A stretch of 62,947 nt of DNA, counting the filler, from Rhabdomonas costata (Eukaryota), in assembly GCA_019059605.1 (NCBI GenBank). It is 20 parts of 20 records of this genome, joined end to end, with 100 filler letters (N's around TTAATTAATTAA, not from the genome) between each part and the next. Parts side by side here need not be neighbours in the genome. Positions count along the whole stretch, not along the records: positions 50,422 to 53,470 come from JAHMHO010001493.1; positions 53,571 to 56,661 come from JAHMHO010001494.1; positions 56,762 to 59,805 come from JAHMHO010001495.1; positions 59,906 to 62,947 come from JAHMHO010001496.1; 16 more parts are not named here. One strand, given 5' to 3'. How positions within the stretch are numbered: the stretch's first letter is position 1; each line of letters starts with the position of its first letter. Made by a program: the position numbers and the translations under genes. Below the pieces are notes generated by a model, which searched no databases, was not told where the DNA came from, and worked only from the letters and a program-made list of their open reading frames with translations. Shown here in pieces: positions 52,365 through 62,947 of the stretch.

Positions 52365-52939
52365 GTGGAACGCTCTGCTCCTCTCGTTTTCTCCAATGGG
52401 GACATTGATTCCCGCGACCTTTGGGTAATTACGTTCGAAGCCTTTTGCAAAGTTTGCTCCGGTTTTCGTGCATTAGCCACGAGCTCGCGAACACGGCTTC
52501 TTCAGTTCTGTTGATCGGGCATCGAACTGTATCTGACGAACCGCGTTGTTCTCCTGCCTGTAACGAATTGGTGTTATCCTTCGTTGCGGGGCTTCCTTCA
52601 AACCCCGCTTTTTGCCTCCACTGTTATATCCTGTGGCCCCCACTGTTATGGCCTCTTGGCATCCCTGGCAGGTCTTGATGCTTCACAGTAATTCTTTTAC
52701 CTAAAAGGGAGTGAAGATGGAAAGTTTCCCACTTTGCCAGAGATTTTGAGCCCCAGAAAAGGGTGTTCACCGATTTATGTCGCCTTTTTTTTCCGCTCCT
52801 GTGGAGCTGAACTATTTCGTTTTTGTGTGTGCAGTTGGTTGTGTGGTGCATAATCTGCTAGCCCTTCTTTTTGCAGTTACTTTTGTAACGAAAGTTCTGC
52901 AAGTAAGCTTTTTGCTCGCAGAACATTTCACTTGCATAA

Positions 52940-53143
52940 ATGGCCCCAGCCAGGTGTGGCACCTTTTGCGCCGAGGTTGAGCTGAAGGTTTCTCTAGTGG
53001 TGACGTTGGTAGCTCTGACAGCTGTGGCGGAGTTTCTGGTATTTCATCTGAGCTGCGCCCAATTCCAGAAGAGTCTGCACAAGCGGGTCCATATCAAGAT
53101 GCAGGAGGCTGCGCGCGAAGTTGCCGGCATGGTCGTGTCCATG
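52940..53143 (+). CDS. Diverged tandem copy of the 52146-52364 exon
   Basis: TAA-ATG start; aligns end to end with a single 5-codon gap; ends at the same position ATG|gtga. Confidence 0.55.
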
Positions 53144-53171
53144 GTGAATCTTTTCCGTTTTCTTTTGGTTT

Positions 53172-53197
53172 GGGTTAGGGTTAGGGTTAGGGTTAGG
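53172..53197 (+). repeat. Interstitial telomere-type (TTAGGG)n tract, about 4 units
   Basis: gggttagggttagggttagggttagg. Confidence 0.85.
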
Positions 53198-53614
53198 TTT
53201 TGTGTTTTTTCCAGTTCCACCCTGTTTTTCCAACATGTGTGAGCTTTCCTTTAATATATCTCTCCTCGAAAAAAGAGTGAGCATTGGTGAGCGGTGCAAA
53301 TACGGTGGCCTGCTTGGCGGTGATGTTGCTCTCGCTGCTTCCTGCCACCTCTTCGTCAACCTTGCGTAAAAGTGCTCAGTCGCACTCCATACACTCACGC
53401 ACAGGTATATGTAATTGGATCCATTCGCCGTGCGCATGCTGGAAACAACTCACATTGATACACACAAACCNNNNNNNNNNNNNNNNNNNNNNNNNNNNNN
53501 NNNNNNNNNNNNNNTTAATTAATTAANNNNNNNNNNNNNNNNNNNNNNNNNNNNNNNNNNNNNNNNNNNNCAGTCAACCAGTCCACCAGGCAACAGCCAG
53601 CGCGCAATGCGCCC

Positions 53615-53615
<1 letters not shown>

Positions 53616-53657
<42 letters not shown>
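53616..53657 (+). repeat. (AC)n microsatellite
   Basis: Directly visible. Confidence 0.95.
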
Positions 53658-53658
<1 letters not shown>

Positions 53659-54009
53659 GCCGCTCCCATCACTGCACCCCACAAAGCAAAGCGGTTGTGG
53701 CAACCGGGGCAAGACTGCTGTCATGCTTGCATGCTTAATTTCTCTCTGTAGTCTGATGAGGCTTGCCGGGTAAGCCAGACCCAATGCTTTGGAAATTTTG
53801 GTCAAATCCAGACAGGCCCAAAATAGACTCTTCAAGATGTCATTATAAGTATGGAGATGCAGCCAGAATTTGGGAAACTGCCCGGTAAATCAGGGCCCCA
53901 ATCTACCAGTCAAGCTCACGTTATGGCACCCATATCAGGTCCTCCGGGGCGGGCTCTGGTCTCAGGGAGCCGTGACCAACCCAACTCCTCCCTCACCCAC
54001 CCCCCCCCC

Positions 54010-56661
54010 TTCCATAAAAAGTTCAAGAGTATGTGTGCGGAGGAGGGCGCCAGCCTAAGAGGAGAAGAACGGGCGGAAAGCCATACAGAGAAAGGTCAAA
54101 CAGATTCACTTCCACGGTGAACGGGTTGGGGGGGGCGTCGGGCGCGACCTCAACTTCCTCCGCGAAGAACGGGTACACCCCCAAAGCACACTCCTACCAG
54201 AAAACAATGTGTACTCCAAGTTCCGCAGCACAGTGCAAAACACGACAAACCCGAAAGCAAGCGATGACAAAAAACGAGATTCCGTCAGTCGTCAGTTGGG
54301 GTTCATAACTAACTATCCCTTCATAAACTAAAAAGCAGAACACGAAGGAGTCTTGGCGCCGATTGTTGCGAGACTAAAATCTTCTCTGCAACAAGCACGA
54401 GGTCTGCACCCTGTGCGCACAGCAGTACCTCTTGCACACCCAATAGAAGACGGCAACGCGAAAACATCGTCAAGAGCATAGTCAGTAAGCTCCTTCAGAA
54501 AGCACGACCGATGGTTAACGCACACGATGTTTTTTAAATTGAAAAATACAGGCCACCACTCTTGCACAAGCATTCCATCTCAACTATACACAACCATACA
54601 CATATGCATATACATACCGCACAGGTCACTCCAAGGCTCCAAACTTCCGATGGAAACCCGTACTTCTCCCCACGAAGCCTCTCCGGGCTCATGTACGCTG
54701 GACTCCCAATCCGGGTACGCGTCAGTCCGAGCTCCCCCAGCTTGGTGCTGACCCCGAAGTCCGCCAGCTTCACCTGCCCCTGCCGGTTCAGCAGAAGGTT
54801 CGATGGCTTGAGGTCCCGGTGAAGGATCCCCGTGTTGCGGAGGTGGATCAGCCCGGCCAGCACTTGGTCCATCATCGAGGACAGGATGCTCATCGGAATC
54901 GGCCCAAGCTCCTGCAGCAGCTGGGCAACGGTGCCCAGGTCCATGTGCTCCATAAGAACCTATAACGGTCGTTCCAGAAAACATGCTGAGGTCATTGGCA
55001 GGCGGCCGGTATTTTCTGAACAGGAGCTGCTGCTAACAAAAAGGAAATGAAGCTCCTCTCCCGCCCAGTTGCAGTACCAGCATCGAAAGGAGCGCTGGGC
55101 GTGGGCTTGCTGACAATTGCTGCCCCCCTTCCACTCAGACAGCATCTATCGTGTCGGCGGAAACTAAGCCCCAAAAGGGGTTCATTGGTGAGCACCCGAA
55201 TCATATGAAAACTTTCCATAGCAGTGCAAAGAAAAATCTCTTTTCCCCTTTCGCTGCGCCAATTGTCTTACACTTCAGTTCTCGCATTCGTGAATTTACG
55301 TCGTTGTTATTCGTTCGATGAGAGGAAGCGCCAAGGCTGCATTGCGGGCCAAAGCATGCGAAAATAAGTTTTAGGGCATACAAGCAACTTCTTAATGCAA
55401 TTAATACATCAAAAAAAATGGGGTTTGATACACCGTTCTTGTGCTTTCTAGACGGACACAGTTTTAGTGGGGTTGAAAAAAATGTGCTCAGCAACGCTCA
55501 CCGCTCAGCATTACAAACAGCCCCCTGAGGCGGCAGCATTAGTTTTGCCGCCACTAAGAGGATGAAGCAACATGAGGAGGACCTTGACGTGGTTATTGAT
55601 GAAGAAGGCCTCGACGAACCGCACGATGGCGGGGTGGGGGGCGGCGCACAGCCGCAGCAGCTCCATCTCCAGGCTGTTGCGCACAGCGGAGTCCTTGTGG
55701 TTCACCCCAAAGCACTTCATCGCGAACTTCGCGCCCGTGGGGAGGTGAGTCACCTCCCGCACCACGGCCTGGGCCCCCATGCCCAGCGCACAGCCTGAGA
55801 GCACACAGATCACCATCGGGATGCTTTTTAAAGGGTCCAGAGTGTTTTACCGCCCAACAGAAAAAAACACGCCGCACTTGAGCAAGGCAGCCTTTTTGCG
55901 AAGGCAAAAAACTCAACCACCGCAGCATGCAATTTGCAAAAAAGCAACCTGCAAAGAAGAGACGTTGGTTTCGGGGTTGTGCGCAGCAGTCCGCAAAAGG
56001 CTGGGGAAAAGCCTGCTAAACAGAAAGTTTTTACCGACACGGGCATGCACTTATAGTCCGGAGGGAAACGATATAGTTCCAGTTCCACTCGCGGCGCCAT
56101 CTTCACAGCACTGCTTACGCTCCGCCATGCCCGCGCACACGATACACACACACACATTGCGCCTTGGCGCGGTGTGCTGCGGCGTGCACTTGTGTTGGTT
56201 GTTCTCCACACCTGTTTTTTTTGGCGCGTTCACGGTGCTGCTCTTGGCGCTGGACGACAGGACGGGCATTAGCGTGAGGGTGTACGCCGTGCCCATCCAC
56301 ACACACACAGCTCTTTGGTCTTCCCTTCTATCTTCTTGGGATCCTCAGGCCATGCTCTTCTGACCGCAACCGCGGGATCGGCACCCATAGCCTTCTCGCA
56401 TAAACACCCATCCCTCCATTGTTGTCCATATTCCACATCTCGGATACATACATACACCTTCGTTCATCTAACTACATAACCATATCCCTAAGAGGCCGAA
56501 AAGCAACCACATTGTAAAGAAGGAAGAGGGGGAAAGGGGGGGCATACCAATGTGCAGCTCGTCCCACCGAATCGGCGGCATCCCGCCCGGAGAGCCCACC
56601 TCCATTGTGGCACAGCCCTCCCCCGCTCTCACCACAATCGTGCCCGTGGGGCGGACCACAA
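54010..56661 (-). CDS. MAP kinase kinase (STE7/MKK family), partial, >=5 exons
   Basis: LGMGAQAVV...FAMK...IVRFVEAFF...VLMEHMDLG...ILHRDLKPSNLLLNRQGQVKLADFGVS...GSPAYMSPERL...WSLGVTCA|ECALGVYPF. Confidence 0.9.
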
Positions 56662-56799
56662 NNNNNNNNNNNNNNNNNNNNNNNNNNNNNNNNNNNNNNN
56701 NNNNNTTAATTAATTAANNNNNNNNNNNNNNNNNNNNNNNNNNNNNNNNNNNNNNNNNNNNTTTGTTTGTTTAATTTGTTCACTCGTTGTCAATGGTCC

Positions 56800-58100
56800 C
56801 GTGCATTGAACAATGGGCACTGAGCAACTCATTGTGACAATTCATCAATGTTTTCTCGGGTTGGGTTATGCTTCGGTTGGTCTTGCAATGAAAGCAGGGA
56901 CGTGCCATTCACCTCGGTTGGACTCAGTCCACATTGGTCCATGAAGATCAGCTTCAGTTCTAAAATCCACGCCCTCAACCCCTTCAATAATACCATCCAG
57001 CGCTATCTACAACATTGATCAGTCTATATGAGCTCTGTCGAAGAACACGAATCGGCGTCTTTTTCAGGGACATATGCTTGACCCTGGATCCTGCCAGATG
57101 GTAGGACACAACAACCAATAACAAGTGCTGACAGTACCGCAATTTATCTCATGTCGGTGACAACCCCACTGAAATTGCATGAACTGCTGAAGTGAATCCA
57201 AGAGTGAAAACTGAGCTTTCATACCAACCATTTCGAAGGTTTGGCATGAAGCGAGCCCAAAATGGAGTACACAAGTTATACACATCTGAGAGTTGTCTTA
57301 AACAAAATGAATCTCACTGAACTTGAACTTGAATCAATTTTGCCCAGATATGGCTTCATCCATCACCCTGGCCGCAAACGAGGTTTCTGCCTCAGGTGTA
57401 GGAAGGCAGCTCCTTTGGATGGTTGCCACTCAGGGCTGGATGATGATGGTCAGTGCACTAAGAATGCCTTCGGGACGAGCGCGGGGCCTGTCTCTTTCTG
57501 AAAAAGCCGGATTGGCCGAGGGGAGGCCACGGGACGTGTCACAGAGAGTGCAGAGGATTAACTTCTCCTGTTCTCGGTGACTTCCACTTCCGATTCTGGC
57601 CGTTTCATTGGTTTGTGTGATGAAATTGTGTGGTTGGAGTCTGCGCTCAACTTCCGATATTTGACTGCTCGAATTGATATAATTCGTGTTTCTGAGTCAC
57701 CCTTGACACTTACCCTTCCGATCAGTCTGTGTTATTGTACAGAACGTATTACAGCGAGCATGCAAGCAAAGCAGTCCTCCAGGCACACGCAAGCTCCCCG
57801 CAGTGCCCACCATAAGGGAGACGTAGAAGCGCACCGAGCAACGGAGACATATCTGGTCTGTCTTCGGCGAACTCATGTTTCCCACTGGGCTTCAGCCTAC
57901 AGCGGTGTCCATCTGCACGGACTTCACAGCTTCACTGCATCAGTTGTGCCTGACTTGAGTTTTGCTGGGTCTGGTTTGGCGCACCCACCGTCATATCGCG
58001 ATCAACGGGGACCAATATTATCAATTCTGGAATGCCTATTTGACAGAACACTTATCTCGTTTAACTTTCTAAAACAAGCGCAGTGCACAGTTCTGAGAAT
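56800..58100 (-). mobile_element. Possible heavily degenerate non-LTR (LINE) ORF2 relic
   Basis: HSRIDNI (~58030, cf. APE SRIDY) and SYRLINVV (~57025, cf. RT NYRPISLL) about 1 kb apart in the expected order; many stops and frameshifts. Confidence 0.35.
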
Positions 58101-58629
58101 CGGAATTGGATGATTCCGTTGGAAGAGTCGAATCACGAGGAGTAAACTGGCGCATCAAGAAGTCAAGGTGGCAATGAGTTTTACAGCCTCGTTAGAACTA
58201 GTCGATGCGCTCCACGTTGTTCCAGCAGCTAAGCACCCGGAAATGTGCCGCCTGTCTGGACACCACCGAGACGGGACTTAGATTCAGGCAAACAGAAGTG
58301 CTCACGTCCCGCGGAATTATCTCTGCACTGATGCTGGTTTCAATGTCTTTCATTGCACAAGTCGCGTGCAATAGGAAGCCTTCTTCTGGGCATTTGGATG
58401 TATTCGCAGCATTTCCATGGAAGTGGAAGAAGTGCAGATGCCATGGATCGCATCTTCACATCGAATCAGAAACGGTGACCAAAAAGAGGAGGATCTCCAA
58501 GTGGGCATTTCCGACGCGAGTGATTTTATGTGAGGTTATGCCCTTAGTGAAAGGGGTTGACGTTGACGGTTTTCTCTGTTGACCTGATTTTGGCGTTCGC
58601 CCGGGTTCCCCCTCCCCCCCCCCCCCCAG

Positions 58630-59805
58630 AATTCAACGCCCTCGGGCGAGGGCCGCAAGCGGACCTTCTCCATCACGGGCACACTAACCGAGGCCCTGCG
58701 GCTGGCCACAGCTCCGGCCTCCGCCTCTGCCGCTCCAGACTCCCACCACAACCAGGCCGAGATCTGCGTGTCCGAGGTTCCGCGTACGCGTCACTCTCTT
58801 CACCAAATTTTGTATACACGGGTTTTGTGAAGAATGCGAACACTTTTCGACTTCAGACAGGTTTTTTGGAGAAGAACGTAGTCCTCACGGATGTAATCAC
58901 CCATGTGGATGGTTACGTATACAAAGTACGGCTCACAAGAAAATTTTGGACATGCTCTGTTGGGCCATGCGCAGACATGAATGCGCAAAACCAGGGTTGA
59001 AGCGCAGCTAAGGTAAAACAGGCATTTGAATTGGGTTTTATCTCTCTTCCTTCCCTGTGAAGCTACGGCTGGAGAAATCTTTTCGAGCGACGATTATGGA
59101 CCAAAATTCTTGGGTGGGTGGAATAAACGTATTCATGGCGATATGTGGGGTTGGGGTGTGTGGGGGTCTCTCTCCCTTCCTTCGTTCCATCGTTCATTTG
59201 CTACGGGTCTCCACTCAAACCATATCCGCTGGCACTCGAATCCCGCGTCAGTGCGGAATTGAAAGTTGTGTCATGTTGAAGGTAAAAAGGTGCAGTGTGA
59301 GGAGGAGAAGCGGGTGGGTTCATATCAGGATATAGATTGACTTTTTTGTTTCTCTCCATCCCTCCCGTTCTCTTTCTCATTACATACTCTCTCTCCTCTA
59401 TCATAAACCCGACGCACCCCATACCCCAAGCTTTGCACTGCCTCGTCTTAGAACCCGAAACACAGTCACTCCAGCAGAGAGCACATCAGCTGCTCAGCCC
59501 AAAGTTCACCCTCCATCACCTTCACTTACGCGCGCGCACAAACACGGAAACGCTCTCTCAGGACGAAGATGGGGAGTGCCCCGCGGGGGACACCCAGCCC
59601 ACCCTGGTGCAGTCGATGGACCCGATGTGCTCCAGCGCCCGCGAGTTCATCGCCGCCAGCGGACCCCCAGGGCAGCCCCCTGTGCTGGTCCGCGCCAGCT
59701 CCACAGAGGTGGAGATCTGGGCCTCCTCCCACCCCACCGCGGGCCTGCAGCGGCTCACTGTCGCCAACCTCGCGGATGCCTGGGACGATCTCCACACCAC
59801 ACACC
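58630..59805 (+). CDS. Two exons of a hypothetical protein (58630-58776, 59562-59805)
   Basis: GC3-rich open frames bounded by cag| and |gt and phase-compatible: ...RKRTFSITG...EICVSE|DEDGECP... Confidence 0.5.
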
Positions 59806-62574
59806 NNNNNNNNNNNNNNNNNNNNNNNNNNNNNNNNNNNNNNNNNNNNTTAATTAATTAANNNNNNNNNNNNNNNNNNNNNNNNNNNNNNNNNNNNNNN
59901 NNNNNGGTTTTTGTGTGAGGAAGAGTTACGCGGAAATTTACCGCAAACACTAAAGAGTGACGCAAAGACAGAAACCATGATGAGATACTACCTTGCTTCG
60001 GCTACCTCTTTGCTACGTAAAGATGTGAAAGTGAGAGATGGGTGATGTTATACTAATGATGTGATGCCACCTTGAGAGCCATTTCTACGCTAAGATGCAT
60101 GCTGTGATACGCATGGATACCGCTAATGTCATGATGTAATGGATGTTCTTGTATTCCTACGCTCAGATACATGGTAATTGTAACCGGAGGGCTAAAAAAA
60201 GGATGTCGCTGTGTGTATCACTCCGGTCTCTGCGCTCACTTTGCTCGTAATATTACGCTGACTCCGCTCGATGCGCCCGCTACGTACCTTCCTCTTCCTG
60301 GTCTCATGTTCCCATTTCCATGCTTCTATTCGCACTTACAATTGCTACGCTCTTGCTAGATGCTAGAGTGCAACCAGGATGTAGTGGGGAGTATGATATG
60401 GTTTCATACACCAGGTTCCAATGCTACTTCTACTACGGCATGAACACTACTTTACTCATGATTCATGACATGTACACAGTTCATACATGTATGAATAGCA
60501 TAGTATAGTGTGACATAGTATAATAACACCCTATAAATTACTATTTTGCAGCAGTTGTGGTCATTTTGTTACCTGCTGATGGAGTCCAAAACACTAGGGG
60601 TTGAATTGCAGTAACATTTGAATCACAGCGGTGTTGATCATGATATTATCTACCTGTCTCTGCAGACGTCACCCACTGCTAACATCCCACTACACTCACA
60701 CTACACTAAATAGGTAAAATGATACCTAGCTGTGTGGTAATGATGCCTTTAATTGTTTCCTTGTGTTTATTCCTATAAAACATAATGCAGTTTTGGTACC
60801 ATAGAACATGTTACATTATACGTAGAATCATTTTAAATATCAGCAAATAAACGCAATGAACACTGCCAGAACCACACCACAGCATATATAGCATAAGGTG
60901 TAAGGCACAACATGTTAACACCATATGCCTTGATTCTGTTTTGAATGTGACCATGAAGCCCATGCACCTTGTGCAGCGCTTTTGTACTGCCAACAGTGCT
61001 CCTACGCAAGTAATTTAAAAATAATAGTGTTTAATTCTGTTTAAAATGTTTGACACATAATAGCCCCAGTTTTGTATAAATGCAGCTTTCCGTATCGGAT
61101 GTCCAGCCAGCCAGCTTTTTTGACATAAAGCAATCGTCTACAGCTATGATTTTACACTCACAAAATACAAACTGGTACCACTATAAACTCTTCACCGTTG
61201 TTCTTGGTGCCTGTTGACTGGTATTAATGTTGTAGTTGCAACAATTGTTATGGATTTCATAGTTTGTGCACCACTTCTACCATTATTACTACGTATTGTT
61301 CACTACATTGTTTCTTCTTTGTTACAACGTTTATTATTCAATTTACGTCATGCATAATGTTTTCCATGTTATATGCAAGTTGTCACCCGTGTTGCTATTA
61401 AATGCAGATTTCTTAAGATTATGGTTCTAAGTCGGCGCAATGAAATCAGCTGTGTCGTATGATCCATAGTGTACACAATGCTTTGGTATTCGGTTAGAGA
61501 CATTGGGATGTAACGAAGAAGATGTAAGGAGCATAACACGCATGAGTGCATTGACAGAAGAGAATGTTGGCGGTGTAATTTTGTATAGAGTCGTTTCCAT
61601 AAATGAGTTGTATGCGTCGAAATGGCACAATACCACTGTCAGTGACAGAGTGTATGTGGTACAGCAGATGATTCTACAGAAGAATGCTGGTGTGTAAACG
61701 ACAACACAAGAAATTGTATCAAAGACTGCTTAGTTATAGATAAATACACAAACAAACAACAAGATTCTGTTAGCTTCCTAGAACATCCCGTTGAAAACTA
61801 CATAGATTTCCGCATCTTAATAAAATGTTATACAGCTTGTGGTGGAAAAACGTGGCAGAAACAAAGTAAACAATAAATCAAAAGAATTCAACTGGAAATG
61901 GCATTGATGCGCAACAAGGAGTGCTTCCAAAGAATTAAAAACTGACCATGATGCCGATGTTTTAATTGGAAGTAACATAAATTGTATAATGCGCATAGAA
62001 TATCCACTAAAAAGAACAACAAAACGTCTGATGTAACAAAATTAATACCTGTAACAGCGTAGACAGACATCCGTGGAGAGTCTGCGCAAATCCGGCATGT
62101 GCATACTGAAAACCAAAGCACTGTGTGCTCTAACTCTTGGCTGATGATTAAATTGTCATCTGTGTAATTTGTGAGAGTTTTGAATGCAAGACGCGCAGTA
62201 AATAAAAGCAATATAAAGAATAACGTTGATTGGTTGTTCTTATAAGGAAATAATTGAGCGAGGAAGGTGCTCCACAGCCAACCAAATCAGATTATTTGTG
62301 CACAATTAATTCAACCTACTGGGTTTTGTGGCAGAATTAAACATAGCGAACGCATTTGTTGTGTAACTGTATTGGATTGTAATGAAAGATCAGAAAGGTA
62401 TACGTTAGATGTAATGAATGAATGGCATCACTTTGGCAGAGTACCAAGAAAAATGGTAGGTTCCCCAGCCACATTGGAAGGCTTCCTAACAACATTAAAC
62501 GCGCACTGAAGGCTCCTTTGGGTTGCAGGCATGGCTCCCTAACTCCATGCAAGACTAATACAAAGTCAGTCACG

Positions 62575-62860
62575 AACATGTTAACACATCTTCACAAAAA
62601 TGGCAGCGTTGACTATAGTGTTACGCCGCTGTAACTCCTTCACGTACCACATAACGTGGTCGGCATTTGCACCATCTTTGGCAGCCAACCACACTTTTAG
62701 TCATCAATGCCCTGTGTGCTCACAGTGCGCATATTGCCACGCAATTGTTCCTTGGGGACTTACTCCCCATTTCCATGGTCTACACAGGAGACGAGCAGCC
62801 CGCGCTCCTTTGCCTGTGAAATATAGGTCTTTGCACTTCCGGAGAAATCCATAATTCACG
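62575..62860 (-). pseudogene. Possible degenerate Merlin / IS1595 (ISXO2-like) DDE transposase fragment
   Basis: RAARLL...VSPQGTI.W.Y, then with frameshifts VSTQGID and LKVWL...DHVMWYVKELQRR, resembling RxxxTL...VxPGTTI..W.AY, HTxxIE and HLxxYLxEFxWR. Confidence 0.4.
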
Positions 62861-62947
62861 TGGTCAAACAAAGAGCTGGCATCCAATCTATTATGTGGGC
62901 CAAAACTGCACTCATCGCAATCATTTTGAAGCTTATCAAAAACCACC

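Noticed and set aside
3055-59905. Regularly spaced palindromic TTAATTAATTAA repeats (CRISPR-like or attC-like periodicity)
   Set aside because: Embedded in N-runs of fixed length, so artificial linkers. Adjacency of genes across them has no biological meaning, and no operon or island should be inferred.
59906-62500. Fragmented mitochondrial gene modules (diplonemid-style)
   Set aside because: Trial translations, including TGA=Trp, gave no cox/cob/nad motifs.

Overview
This window is not one locus. It is 20 unrelated ~3.04-3.09 kb contigs joined by identical artificial 100-nt spacers (44 N + TTAATTAATTAA + 44 N). Eighteen contigs are fragments of an intron-rich protist nuclear genome; relaxed 5' splice sites, HAMP-adenylyl cyclases, TTAGGG repeats and co-oriented genes suggest a euglenozoan, possibly a euglenid (inference). 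Genes reconstructed by hand-splicing: CDP-DAG synthase, PC-esterase/TBL, CELF/Bruno, SNRNP40, a divergent Rab14, a PDR/ABCG transporter, PEN-2, a DeSI/PPPDE peptidase, a class III cyclase, CTNNBL1, a Sel1-repeat protein, a Cys-rich membrane protein, an SRFR1/TTC13-like TPR protein, a MAP2K and several hypotheticals. The stand-out is contig 15 (44127-47178), which is AT-rich and intronless. It carries a Polinton/PLV/adintovirus-type penton gene head-to-head with a >790-aa fibre-like protein whose repeats are interrupted by an Asp-box propeller-like insert; the two share a 40-bp quasi-symmetric spacer. A second highlight is non-GT splice donors: one GC-AG intron and two junctions that only restore the conserved protein as C...CAG (equivalently GC...CA). 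Contig 20 is a compositional outlier with a possible Merlin/IS1595-like relic. Fold-backs at contig ends suggest amplified (MDA-type) DNA. All calls come from motif recognition by eye; no searches were run.
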